Positions 13,215-26,002 of a stretch of 64,000 bases of DNA are shown piece after piece. Position 1 is the stretch's first letter, and each line of letters begins with the position of its first letter. The notes under the pieces are model-generated. The model was not told the origin of the DNA, did not search any database, and saw only the letters and a list, made by a program, of their open reading frames with translations. A program made the position numbers and the translations under genes. The stretch lies in assembly GCA_964016885.1 (NCBI GenBank), contig OZ024741.1:60512001-60576000 (forward strand). The letters are read 5' to 3'. Source of the DNA: Eledone cirrhosa. Its lineage: Eukaryota.

Positions 13215-15728
13215 TTTTTTCTCCATCTGAACACAGTCCTCTATGCTGATAAGACCTCTTCCACCCTCAGATCTCCTTAGGTAGAGTCTATCGACATCAC
13301 TCCTCTTGTGGAACATGTTGTAGATAGTCAATAGCTTCCTAGTCTTCCTATCCATTTCTTTTTGTTCAGCAACATTCCATCTCAGAATTCCCGCACTGTA
13401 CCTAATAATAGACACAGCTCGGGAATTTACTGCGCTTATGGCATTTCTGCTGTTCAGATGTGACTTCAATACGCTCCTTACTCTCCGAATGTATTCAGTT
13501 CTTAACAATTCCTTCATTTTTTTGTTCTTTATGCCATCAGCCTCCAGAACGCCCAAATACTTGTATCCTTCCTCAGAGTCAATTTCCTTTATCATCTCAC
13601 CTGTTGGTATCTGGATCCCATTACTTCTGCTCAACCTACCCCTCCTCATCACAATGACTCCACATTTACCAATACCAAACTGCATACATATATCACTGCT
13701 GAAAATACGGACAGTGTCAACAAGCACATCCAACTCCTTCTCACTTTTCCCGAAGAGCTTAAGATCGTCCATGAAGAGGAGGTGATTGATGGTAAGCTCT
13801 CCCCTTCCCAACTTGTATCCTGCTCTCACTTTTCGCAGCATAATGGTCAAGGGCATCAGGGCAAGGACAAACAACAGAGGGGACAGGCTATCTCCCTGGA
13901 AGATACCTCTCTTGATCTTCACGCTTCCCAAGGATACTCCAGTTGATGTCAACTCTGTCTCCCAGGACCCCATACTCCTGCCTAGCAACTGTCTGATGTT
14001 ATCTGCCACCCTGAAGATCTCCAGGCTTTTGGTGATCCAAGAATGAGGCACCATGTTAAATGCCTTTCTGTAGTCTATCCATCCCATGGCAAGATCAGTG
14101 TGTCTCCTCCTGCAATTCCCCATTACCATCTTATCAATAAGTAACTGGTCCTTTGTACCACGTGACTTCTTTCGGCATCCTTTCTGTTCGTCCGGTAACA
14201 AGTTGTTTGTGTGGAGGTGATGGTAGATTTCCTCAGACACAATGCTTGTCAACAGTTTCCACATTACGGACAGCCATGTGATAGGTCTATAGTTGGTAAC
14301 ATCATTACCCTTGATTCGGTCTTTCATTATCAGAACTGTGGTACCTTTTGTCAACCACTCTGGCACCTCACCCGACACCAAGCAGTCATTGAACATGGCC
14401 GTCAGCTTCGGGTGGAGGGATGTTAAATGTTTAATCCAATACCCCTGCACACCATCTGGGCCTGGTGATTTCCAGTTGGTTAGTTTTTTGGCCTGCCCCT
14501 TAAGAGTTTCAACTGTGATACTCAAATCAGTTTGTTGTTGTGCCTGCTCACCGATCTCCCTCTGTACTGTCTCAATCCACCCTGCCTGGACATTATGTCT
14601 AACATCCTGCTCCCATATTCCTCTCCAGAATGTTTTAGTTTGCTCCGCCCCAGGGATCAAGTCGTTGCCTCTTTCTTTCCCCTCAAGCTGTCCAAACAGC
14701 ATCTTCTGGTTGTTGTCGAACATGCGGTTCTGTTTATACTGACTGACTCTGTTCTCGTATCGCCTGATTTTTGCACTCTTTGCTACAATGCGTTGCTTCA
14801 GTTCCTCTATGATAATATTTAGCTTTTTCCTCCTAGTTTTGTATTTTATTTCCAGTCTATTTTTAGTGCCTATGTTTTTTAGTGTCCCATTCAGTAGTGA
14901 CTCAAGCTTTACTATGTCATTTCTCATTTCCCCGATTTGCCCACTCAGTCGCTTCTTCCACCACGGCTCTGCTCTTTCTTGTCCGTTGTTTCCTCTCGCA
15001 TTTATACCCAGTAGTTTCCTCACCGTATTTGCTGTTGCTTTGAGGATATTGTTGCCCTGGTGAAGGGTCCTCGCCTCAAGGTATGGGATGACTTTGTTTA
15101 CCTTAGCTGTTGTTTCTTTTAACTTTTTCCTGTCTACAAATCTTAGGTTCATAGGTCTCCCACTATCATTGTTCAATTCATCTACCACTAAATTTAGGAT
15201 GTCAACCGAATCTTGTCCTAGCCCGTCAGCATTCATCTCCTCAGTGGCCGTATCTCTGTTCCAGGTATTATTTATCTCAGTATTCAGATCATTGTCTGCT
15301 TCGGGTGGTTTCTCTGTTCTCAGGACCTCTTCACCTTCATTTCCCACTGGCTCGCTTGTCTGGCATACTACACCCGCCATCTCCAAGCCATTCTCTCTGC
15401 TCAGTTCCTCCAGTTCCAGCTCGCTTATCCACCCATTAGTTCTTATTACCCGAGCCTGCCCGGCCAATTTTTGTTCATCTAATTTAAATAAACCAATCTC
15501 GTTCCAGATGTTATGCATCCGTCTCCTGTAGCCCCTCTCCTTGGGGTTACTTTTCAGGTAACATTGCATAACAGTTCTATTCAATTCTTTCGTCCAGTTG
15601 GTTCTGGCCCCTTTCCTTTTTCTCCTTCCTCCAACATCAGCAGTATTTGGTTGACAGTCAGGTTCCTGCTGCTGAGCCAGGGGGCACCTGTTGGGTGAGA
15701 GTCTGTCACATGACGTTCTAGTCTCCAT
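13188..15728 (-). CDS. Retrotransposon ORF, N-terminal region plus reverse transcriptase (frameshifted at ~13215)
   Basis: KSPGPDG, NYRPIT, QKGCRKKSRGTKDQL, WIDYRKAF, GIFQGDSLSPLLF, HLLFMDDLKL, YKYLG, GGRGL. Confidence 0.92.
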   Translation of the reverse strand: METRTSCDRLSPNRCPLAQQQEPDCQPNTADVGGRRKRKGARTNWTKELNRTVMQCYLKSNPKERGYRRRMHNIWNEIGLFKLDEQKLAGQARVIRTNGWISELELEELSRENGLEMAGVVCQTSEPVGNEGEEVLRTEKPPEADNDLNTEINNTWNRDTATEEMNADGLGQDSVDILNLVVDELNNDSGRPMNLRFVDRKKLKETTAKVNKVIPYLEARTLHQGNNILKATANTVRKLLGINARGNNGQERAEPWWKKRLSGQIGEMRNDIVKLESLLNGTLKNIGTKNRLEIKYKTRRKKLNIIIEELKQRIVAKSAKIRRYENRVSQYKQNRMFDNNQKMLFGQLEGKERGNDLIPGAEQTKTFWRGIWEQDVRHNVQAGWIETVQREIGEQAQQQTDLSITVETLKGQAKKLTNWKSPGPDGVQGYWIKHLTSLHPKLTAMFNDCLVSGEVPEWLTKGTTVLIMKDRIKGNDVTNYRPITWLSVMWKLLTSIVSEEIYHHLHTNNLLPDEQKGCRKKSRGTKDQLLIDKMVMGNCRRRHTDLAMGWIDYRKAFNMVPHSWITKSLEIFRVADNIRQLLGRSMGSWETELTSTGVSLGSVKIKRGIFQGDSLSPLLFVLALMPLTIMLRKVRAGYKLGRGELTINHLLFMDDLKLFGKSEKELDVLVDTVRIFSSDICMQFGIGKCGVIVMRRGRLSRSNGIQIPTGEMIKEIDSEEGYKYLGVLEADGIKNKKMKELLRTEYIRRVRSVLKSHLNSRNAISAVNSRAVSIIRYSAGILRWNVAEQKEMDRKTRKLLTIYNMFHKRSDVDRLYLRRSEGGRGLISIEDCVQMEKKQPIQIRDL

Positions 15729-15975
15729 TTCACCGTTATTCGAACTGTTTATGTTCGATATTTAAACACTCTTATCGAGGATTGGCGAATGTATGGTTAC
15801 ATAGCCATCTGTGGATCCGCCATTCCACTTGGCCCTTGTGTGGCATTATCACCACGCTGTATACGAACACACATAAACAAAGAGTTGTACTAAGAGTTGT
15901 TATTTCACAAAACTTACGGGAGCGATTTCATGACCTCCGCCACCTCGTGCGTCTTCTTCTTATTATTAATATTAA

Positions 15976-16027
<52 letters not shown>

Positions 16028-16036
16028 GTTGTTGTT

Positions 16037-16830
16037 CTTTGTGTCTCAGTCAATGATGTTATTTAACTGGAAAGTTTGTTAAAATGAATATCAAGCCGCT
16101 ACCTGAGGCCTCAAACATTCAGGACATCACGGAAGGTTATTGCTGGTCCCAGCAAGCATGCCTTTTGAAGTGTTCCAAAAAGCGGGGCTGGACGAATCTT
16201 CTTTAACCATTCTTGGAAACTCTTTGAGATAGTACCTAGTGCGCCTATGACAATCGGGTCGACCTTGATTTCATGGCAGTTCCAAATCATTTTTAACTCC
16301 CACTTTAAATCCTGGTATCGGTTAATTTTCTCCCTCTCTTTCTCTTGCACTCTCGTGTCAAATGGGCAGGCTACATCTACAATCAGGCACGATCTTTTTT
16401 CCTTGTCCAAAACCACCAGGTCAGGCCTATTGTGTTAGAATTTCTTGTCCGCCTGTATCCTAAAATCCCACAGCACATTCACTTGATCGTTTTCTATCAC
16501 CGCCTCTGGCTTATGCTCATACCACTTCTCAGAATGTGGTAAATTGTTTACTTTGCATAGATGCCAGTGCATCACCCTACATATCACATAATGTCTCAGC
16601 ATTTATAATGAGTATGGGCTAGGTGTTTACACTGGGATACAATGTGAGCCACAGTCTCCTCTCTTTCTCCACAGATCCTACACAGTGAGCCAGCCTCCTC
16701 CTTGTCAATATGGTGTTTCACCCACTTCGTTCTGAGGGCTTGCTCTTGTGCAGCCATTAGCATTCCTTCTGTAGCCTTTTTAAGGTCTCCACTTTTTAAC
16801 CAGTTCCGTGTTTGTGGATCTCTAAATTTC
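16037..16830 (-). mobile_element. Dong/R4-type LINE copy D: 5'-truncated 3' end
   Basis: ORF 16111-16416 matches the RLE C-terminus; (TAT)n at both ends. Confidence 0.92.
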
Positions 16831-16842
16831 GTTATCTTCTTC

Positions 16843-16884
<42 letters not shown>

Positions 16885-16922
16885 GTAATAAATGGAAAAT
16901 ATCACTATAGCATCATATATAA

Positions 16923-16976
16923 TTTATTATACGTATTTCAAGGATACCAAATTATGGTATGCTTTCATCTGATAAA
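16923..16976 (-). ncRNA. Hammerhead motif with a core mutation (CAGATGA)
   Basis: minus: ttttat-CAGATGA-aagcatacc..ggtatcctt-GAAA-tacgta-TA-ataaa; same family as 52771-52831. Confidence 0.6.
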
Positions 16977-17153
16977 ATATAATGTTTGATGTATAAGACA
17001 GTGACATACCCGAAATATAAACCTTCATCTTCGGCTTACAGTGGGCATGTGGAGCAAAAACTCAAAATTTCACAAGGTATACCTTAACAGGGATATATTG
17101 AATAGATAAAAAGACCGTTACTTTAGACGCTAGAGGATTTTGAAAAATAGTGT

Positions 17154-17205
<52 letters not shown>

Positions 17206-17557
17206 TTCTTTTATTGTCACAGCAAATATATATATATTATATTTTACGTCCGTTTTTCCATGCTTGCACAATTCCCCCTCTACTATTAGCGTTCCTTGTA
17301 CACATACATAATAACAAATTCTACACAAGTAAACAGAGGCAGGGATCAGTCTTCACAGCTTAGCTCATCTATCGTCAAGGGAGAATAGACACAGTATGAC
17401 TTCAATCTAATTATATGTATGCGTATTATCGCGTCTGTTTTTATGTTTTCGTTTATATCCTATAACTAGCGCTTCGACAACACGTGATCGATAAAATATG
17501 TATCAGACTTGAACAAATCTTACTTAGGTCAGTATGATTGACAAAAAACGTCTTTTA

Positions 17558-17609
<52 letters not shown>

Positions 17610-17966
17610 AAAATAAGTCCATAAAATCATTTTATAAAATATATATACTATTTCCTCTAACAATCAGCATAATCAACCACATAAAAAATCATTTAAACGA
17701 GGCTATAAGTTTAAAATGTAACTATGAAGAAATAATAGTAAAATAAATGATAGCGTTTTATCCGCGATGACAGCCACAGAATATTTACCCAGTATTTCTG
17801 ATAGCCTGTAGAAATTGACTAGACATATAGTTTACCATACACAATTAGGTACAAAATCAAAGTTAGAAGCAAGAATGTACATAAACATACCAAAATCATA
17901 TCTCTACCCTTGAGGTTTCATTCGCTTTTTGGAAATATCCGATCATGGATAAATCAACGAATTTCG

Positions 17967-18027
<61 letters not shown>

Positions 18028-18084
18028 TCTGTCTAGTTTATGTGTATGTAAACTTCTATATTTTATATATATATATATATATAT

Positions 18085-18240
18085 AGTATTAACTATGTGT
18101 CTGTATAACATCATAATATTAAACATATGTAACGCCTTAACGCGCGCGCGTGTGTTAAGGCGTTGTTATATATATGTATATATATATATAAATGTGTGTG
18201 TATGTATATATGTATGTATGTATGTACGTATGTATGTATG

Positions 18241-18274
<34 letters not shown>

Positions 18275-18398
18275 TGTATAATTCTATGCCGTTGAGTAAA
18301 CATAGATTTAATGTTACGGCATACAAAAATATCTAATTTTCGGGCGTTATATATACATATATTAAATGTTATGTTATTATACAGACATATAGTTAATT
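18085..18398. repeat. Imperfect inverted repeat with internal hairpins in (TA)n
   Basis: attaactatgtgtctgtataa.. versus ..ttatacagacatatagttaat; hairpin aacgccttaac..gttaaggcgtt. Confidence 0.7.
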
Positions 18399-18415
18399 CT
18401 TTGGTGTTTATGGTA

Positions 18416-18473
<58 letters not shown>

Positions 18474-18592
18474 TTGTGTGTGTGTATTATATACATATAT
18501 ATATATATATATATATACATAACGAACAAGAAAGTTAAAGTAAATGAAGAAAGAATAATAAATAGTCACATAAATAAGTTTCAAGATTGGTT

Positions 18593-18627
<35 letters not shown>

Positions 18628-19589
18628 GTAAAAGTAGAAAACGAAATGAACAATGGCGGTCGAACAAATGAAGATTATAAAATCTTATGCTTCTTTTTAA
18701 GGAAATAATGTTTCCATTCTAAATGGTTACTGTGCATTCCATTTCTATATAACCACATTTAAATTTTGCAAGTGAAATGGAAGAATAGTGCACTTGAGTT
18801 AACTACTAAAATGCAACAGAAACTCTCAACACAAAAGCTAACACTATCGAAGGGAATTTTATGTGTAAATAACAATAGATTCTAATTGTAACTGAAATTG
18901 AATTGATAATTGTAAACGAAAACTAACTTAATTATATCCCAAGGTTTTGCGTGAATAAAATTATAATGACAACCAACGAAATAATAAAACATTTACTCGT
19001 ACGATTCGATCATTTCCTATTTTTCATTTTACTGTATTATTGAGGCAGACGTGACATTTCTTTTCTACATTGTTCCATCCATATAGGGTACTTTACAACT
19101 GTTGTATACGCAATATAGCCGAATGATGAAGACGTTAGTTTCGCAATCATTAGATTCTGTGTTCGATCACACTAGATGGCACCGCGGAAGAGTGGGATTC
19201 ACTATTGCCTCATGTAAACCGATGACATATGTGTGACCTTGGGTAGACGGAAACCATTTGCAAGCCTGTCATATGATATAACCTGTACTTCAAAGAACCA
19301 GCCAGTATGTAACCCTCAAAATGAGAAATACGTTAATTGTATATATGTCTGTGGAATGCTCACCAATTTGTATTTAACTTCAAGACCAGGCTGATCCTGC
19401 GACTCAATACTCACATCTAAAACTATGATTACTACAAATACTATGCCATACCATGACTATAGTTCTCTCTGGTGAACACCCATCTTCAACTAATGAAAGA
19501 TTACATCATAAAGTTTGATCTTCCTAGTCAGAACCAGAATATATTTCATTCTCAGTAATTACTAATCCTCAACAGAGCTCATCTAATTC

Positions 19590-19905
19590 TTACGTTTGGA
19601 ATGGTGTGCTGGACTTCCATCAGTGCTCGTGATGACTATTCCAGTTTTTCGAACAACGGAACTGCCTGCTCGTGAAATTTACATGCAAGAAGCTTAGCCT
19701 TCCACAGTTATGTCTACACAGCATGGTTCTCAGCGAGTTTCAGCCTTAGACAGTGTGTGGCTCTTTGAATTACATGTACAACATTTTGGTAGCTGTATTA
19801 ATTGGAGCAACGGGAAATAAGCGTCTTGTTCAAGAACATATAACATCGCTGGATATTGAATTCACGACATTCCGATAGTGAGGCGAACAACCTCACTAGT
19901 AAGCT
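19590..19905 (-). mobile_element. Degenerate tRNA-derived SINE (family S2)
   Basis: tttgaattaca.gtacaac..ggagcaac..aaataa..gtcttg..caaga.. block shared with 28880-29140 and 42710-43150. Confidence 0.55.
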
Positions 19906-20079
19906 ACTGCTAGCTAAACACACATACACACAAAGTGTCCTAGAATACATACAAAAATGGCCACTTTAATGATTGGTATGAAATGAATCACCAAAACGCT
20001 CCAAATCTGGCACACATAACTTTTTCTTCCACTATGTGCTCTTTTTACCCTTACTAAAACGGTTTAGGCCACATATTCC

Positions 20080-20400
20080 TGAGAGGGTCATGGGATAAGA
20101 GACATTAGACACGCTTTCCAGAGGCGTCTCTCAACGAGAAAAACTGAGCTAATGGGTGTTATACAGTCCTGCTAATCTTTGTCTATTATTGGGTCTTCCG
20201 CTGGTTTGATTTGCTCATAAATTCTGCCCAGCACTCTTCATCTTAGACATGCTAAATACATGTTAATAGTACCGGAACTGTGATCTTTCAATGCGGAGAA
20301 GTAGTGTCTCTAGGAGGAGCAATATCTGTTCATTAGAAATATTAACTCTCGTTGTACATGTAATTCAAAGAATCTGCATTCAGAAACACTGAGTCAGGCT
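20080..20400 (-). mobile_element. Degenerate RTE-type LINE 3' fragment
   Basis: Minus-strand translation LETLLLRIERSQFRYY*HV..SGRP resembles an RTE C-terminus. Confidence 0.45.
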
Positions 20401-20643
20401 GAAACTCACTAAACACAAGATTATGTACACGTGTCTGTGGAAGGCTCAACCTCTTGTATGTCATCTACATTCAACCATTCCTGACTTAATCGTGGATTCT
20501 GTTGTGACAGATATCGTGTTTATTCCAGTTCAATTCTTTTCTCCCAGAATATCAATCCTATAAAATTCATCACGCATATAGTTTTCCTGATGTTGCTTCT
20601 CACATGTCAATCCGATACAAAAACAAAAATATGACTAATATTA

Positions 20644-20675
<32 letters not shown>

Positions 20676-20678
<3 letters not shown>

Positions 20679-20876
20679 AAAATGTTTAATCCCGACGGCG
20701 GAGCTTAAGCCGTTTCGACAGCTATTTCTGGACTAATTTAGTCCAAAAATAGCCGTCGAAACGGCTTGAGCTCTGCCGTCGGGGTTAAACATTTTCCTAT
20801 TACCCACTCTACTACCATAAGTATTGAGTACTCTGGTGCGTTATAGTCCACCCGGTTCCTTACCACACTTCCTTCG

Positions 20877-20878
<2 letters not shown>
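20676..20878. repeat. Family X copy with inverted junction
   Basis: ctggacta|at|ttagtcca fold-back; flanked by (TA)n. Confidence 0.85.
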
Positions 20879-20931
<53 letters not shown>

Positions 20932-21231
20932 TACACATATATATATAGTTCAAGGAAACAACAAACACATACAAAAAGTTGTATTAGTTTCACGCTTTAT
21001 ATGGAAACTTGGAAAGTTTGACGTGTCGGGCTTTAGCCCATCTTCAGGCGTACAAAAATAGAGACAGGATCACAAAGGATGTATACAGAAAATAAAGGCA
21101 GTCCAAGTAAAGAAAATAATGAGAGTAAACAAAACCAACCGTTAAGTGGTTTTGGTAACGATATATATGTGTTTGTGTAAGTGTGTGTATATATATATGT
21201 GTATGTGGGGGTGTATGTGGGTGGGTGTATT

Positions 21232-21309
21232 ATACTCGATTATAATAACTTAAGAAAAGAGGATCATAGATAATAGATAAAGAGAAGGCAAATTAAAATG
21301 ATTAAATAA

Positions 21310-21394
<85 letters not shown>

Positions 21395-21658
21395 TGTGTG
21401 TGTCTGGGGGGTGTATGTGTGTGTGGGTGTTTGAGCGCGCACACAAATATACAGTTAAAGAAGCAAGACCAGAGTTTCAAGTGAAGATTGAAATGAAAAT
21501 AATTATTTCAAGAAGGAGGAAGGGGAGGAGGGGGTGGTAGGCAAAAGGATGTAGTGGAATGGAAAAGATAAAGACGAGGAAAAACAAAAACAAAAACAAA
21601 AATAATAATAATAATAATAATAAGAAGAAGGAGGAAGGGGAGAAGGGGGGAGAAGATG

Positions 21659-21748
<90 letters not shown>

Positions 21749-22528
21749 ATGTATTATAACCAAGATATTCAGTGGAACAGATCGATAAAATAATAACCAA
21801 ACATGAATCAGTACTAGGGTGGATGCTAACTTCATGTAAGAACGCTTCAGAACATCATGAGAGTTATGTGAGTTCAAACATGTATCGCTGTACAATTCCT
21901 GGCAGTTCGGATAAAATAGAAAAGCAGAGCTGAAAAACAAATATATGAGCGAACCACAAATTGATTTACAAAGAAAAAAAATTAAAATTCGCGCATGGCA
22001 CATTACTAACATACCAAATTGTATATTGAATGAAACGGAAATTGTTTATCTGAATACCATCACGAACACTTATCTCCAAACCTTACTATGAAACCTTTTC
22101 TTTTGCCATCTGTGAAAAGCAAATGGATTGAAAGGGGAAAATTAGAATGTGTTTCTATTATTTTAAATAATATTTTGTTTCTTTATTTTGATTGCAATAT
22201 TGTTTAGTGTTAAGAAGTGATTTGATTTTTGATGCGTGTTAACGAAGAGAATTACCTTGGCTAGCATGCAAACTCCAATGAGTTTCTATGGTTGGTGTCA
22301 TCAACTGAAAACTATGTAGCGTGTGAATAATAAATAAATGAATAAAATATTAAGCTTTATGAATAGACTAGTGGGGCAGAATTACACCAGTTATTTGGTG
22401 AATTTCACAATCTTTCTTCTCATGAAATTAATAACCATTTTTGAATTAAATACTCGATTATAATAACTTAAGAAAAGAGGATCATAGATAATAGATAAAG
22501 AGAAGGCAAATTAAAATGATTAAATAAG

Positions 22529-22590
<62 letters not shown>

Positions 22591-22830
22591 TGTATGTGTG
22601 TGTATGTGTGGGGGGTGTATGTGTGTGTGGGTGTTTGAGCGCGCACACAAATATACAGTTAAAGAAGCAAGACCAGAGTTTCAAGTGAAGATTGAAATGA
22701 AAATAATTATTTCAAGAAGGAGGAAGGGGAGGAGGGGGTGGTAGGCAAAAGGATGTAGTGGAATGGAAAAGATAAAGACGAGGAAAAACAAAAACAAAAA
22801 CAAAAATAATAATAATAATAATAATAATAA

Positions 22831-22840
<10 letters not shown>
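21232..22840 (+). repeat. ~400-bp direct duplication (21232-21630 and 22450-22840) containing microsatellites; (AAG)n expanded after the second copy to ~22958
   Basis: tactcgattataataacttaagaaaagagg..gaggaaaaacaaaaacaaaaac is near-identical in both copies. Confidence 0.9.
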
Positions 22841-22861
<21 letters not shown>

Positions 22862-23412
22862 AAGAAGAAGAAGAAGAAGAAGAAGAAGAAGAAGAAGAAG
22901 AAGAAGAAGAAGAAGAAGAAGAAGAAGAAGAAGAAGAAGAAGAAGAAGAAGAAGAAGAATGAGGAACGATGAGAAAAAGGAAGCTAAGAAAATGTTTAAT
23001 GTTGCTTGATAGACAAAAGATGAAAAGATAAAATGAGATATATAATGAAGGTTGGTTGGTGTTAGTTGAACATCAGTCCAAAACTCCGTAAAAGTTACTT
23101 GAGTGTAAAAGCAATAAACAGATGTACAACCACATAAGTACATATACAGCAAACCGCCTACAAACGTGTACGTTTAGCCACATAAATATATAAGGAGGCA
23201 CAAACACATTCACATACACACACACATACACGTACACATATAGAGCGAGAGACCCACAATCATACACCTACACCCATAAACATTTATAGCACATACAAAC
23301 ATACACACACACACATATATATATGTATATATACATATATATATATGTGTGTGTGTGTGGACAAGTAAAAAACAACAACGCAGGACTACACATATATACA
23401 TAGATATGTGTA

Positions 23413-23494
<82 letters not shown>

Positions 23495-23914
23495 CATCCA
23501 TATGTATAATAACCGTACATACATATGTGAGTGTGTGATTTAAGAAATGCAAATGTGGTTAGCGTGTCCACACCCGCTTCAACTGAAGATGTTCTAAATA
23601 AAAGCTACTAAGACCATATTCTGATTATTGCTTTAGAGAAAAAAATGGTGAAAAGCGAAAATACAAATGGCTTGAAAATGAATAACAGAATTCATAATAG
23701 AAGGTATATTGATGATATATTGACAATAATTGACATTAGAAAATACATGAAAATTGTATATAACTTGTGAGTTTTTGAATGAATATGATGCCCCTCCACA
23801 ATCTGTATATATGTACGCTACCAGGAGTTGAAATCACAACCTTACCAGCTTCAGTCGAACACTATTAAGCCGTACGCCATTACTACATAGATATACAGCA
23901 TTATATGATAATTA

Positions 23915-24445
23915 TTTCTATTTTGAGCACAAGGCCAACAATTTGAAGGAGAGGGGAAAGTTGATTAAATTGATCCCAGTGCATTACTGGTGTTTTATTT
24001 TATCGACCCCATAAGGATGAAAGGCAAACCAACGTCAGCGGAATTTGAAATCAGAACGTAAAGGGCGGTAACTCTATGCTTTGAAGTATGGTCTCCGACG
24101 CTCTACCGATACTGCCAACAAAACACCATACATCATCATCATATAATAATTGTTTCTACTTTAGGCACAAGGCCAGCAATTACCCAGTGCATTACTGGTA
24201 CTTTATTTTATCGACCCCGTAAGGATGAAAGGCAAAGTCAACCTCGGCGGGATTTGAACTCAGATCGTAAAGGGACGTAACTATGCTGGAAAGCATGGCG
24301 TCCGACCCTCTACCGATACTGCCAATCCACCAATCCATCATCATATAATAATGGTTCCTATTTTTGACACGAAAGCAATAATTTTAGGGGTGAATGGAAA
24401 GTTGATTAAAACGACCCCAGTACTTAACTGGTACATTATTTTATT
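23915..24445 (-). mobile_element. Three tandem copies of a tRNA-derived SINE (family S1, octopus-type)
   Basis: Repeated ttcta..gcacaaggcc..cccagt..actggtactt..tttatcgacccc..aaggatgaaaggcaaagtcaacctcggcgg.atttgaactcaga; B-box (gagttcaaat) on the minus strand; degenerate copies near 2730, 4020 and 43440. Confidence 0.75.
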
Positions 24446-26002
24446 AACTCCATATAATAATATAACTATTAACGAATCCTAAAATATATTTATGACTTAT
24501 TCCTGTATAAGCACAGCATGTTTTATTTGTAGCTATATTCTGACAGTGTTTTTCCCAATTGATATTAGGTTGAATTCTGGTGTAAACAGTTTTCATCGTG
24601 TAAGGAACGCGTTCAGTGAACTTTCTTACAAATAATAAGGCTTTAACAATCATATCCACCATGTCTCACAAATCCGCAAGATTTCTCAGTTGTAGTAAAT
24701 ATTATAACTTAGAAGAATGTTCCACAGACTCGCACGTTGTCAGAACTGCTGTAATATCATGACTTATATAAATGTCTCACAGACCTAGCAGGTATTATAA
24801 CTGTAGTATTATCATAAATCGGATGAATCTAAAAGATTCTAAGAAAGATATTTTCATGTGGCAACCATTTTGTTACATTATATATGTGAGCGTGCATATT
24901 TGTGTGGGTGGATGTATGCCTGAGTGTTTGTGCGTGTTTGTTTGTATGTGTGCGTGCTCGAGTTTGTTCATGTGGGTACCTGTGCCTACAGACATTCCTA
25001 CATGCGAGTGTTTTTAAAGTATGAGTCCCCAGGGATGCATTTTCAGCCAACTCTAACCTAGTTCCAGATTTCTGTCTTTAAGGGCTGAAAAGCCTAACTT
25101 GTTACACTATTTGTCTCAGTCAAAATCCTGTGCTGAAGCTGTTAACGTTAAGCTAGCATATTTTCAATATATAATATAAGACTGTGTTTTTCCATCTCTG
25201 AGTTTGCATTATTAATTCTTGAACTACATATCTATCAATTCTGATTTGCTGTTTCTAAAGAAAGTCATTCGTCTGCTAATATATAATTAGAAATTCAAAG
25301 ATAGAGAAATGTAGTGTGAAAGTTTAAATTAATAGGATGAGAAATTTCATAGATATACTTTCTCAAAACAAATACAACCTTATCTAATCATCGATATCAT
25401 TTCTTCTTTATTATGTCCTTTAATTACGGTGTAATATTAAAAATAAATATTGAAGTATTAAACGTGTTTAAGTAAATTAACGAACAAGAATGCAATATTG
25501 CAGTGACATTATCAGAAGAACAGTGGCTCCGTGTGTTAATAGCAAAAGAATTTTTATATTAATTTTCATTGCCTTGTTTTATTTATATTTCTGTTTGCGT
25601 TTTCTTATTGTTAATATATTAAAAGTAGCATTTATAAAATGATAACTTGTTCACTGAAACAAAAAAAGAAGTAAAACTTCTTTAAACATAAAGATGTTAT
25701 ATTGAAACAAATGGCAATATATATTCGCTATAAATGGGCCGAAAAATCATAAAATTGCTTCAGCAACTTACTCACAGAGTATGACGTCTAAAACCTCAAC
25801 ATTACACCTAGAAATACTAAGTAGAAAGTTCACTATTATATGGAACATTATGATTATCAAAGTTCACTATTATATGGAACAATATCGATGTACCAATTTA
25901 GATACATATATTTCCATACATAAAACCTATCTTATTACGCAGATGTGTATTTGTGTTGGGGGGGGGGGGGGGTAATGAATAAATATGTTGATATATATAA
26001 TA

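Larger units (their letters stand above)
12261..15960 (-). mobile_element. Full-length Dong/R4-clade RLE non-LTR retrotransposon (copy C) in (TAA)n
   Basis: Single ORF architecture RT-CCHC-RLE; bounded on both sides by (TAT)n, the known Dong-type target. Confidence 0.92.

Noticed and set aside
13438-15698. Plus-strand ORFs over the Dong element
   Set aside because: Antisense shadows of the RT ORF
15890-15960. HDV-like ribozyme at the Dong 5' end
   Set aside because: The nested double pseudoknot could not be assigned by eye
24444-24830. Unique block with a 72-aa minus ORF
   Set aside because: No recognisable domain and splice signals are unsupported
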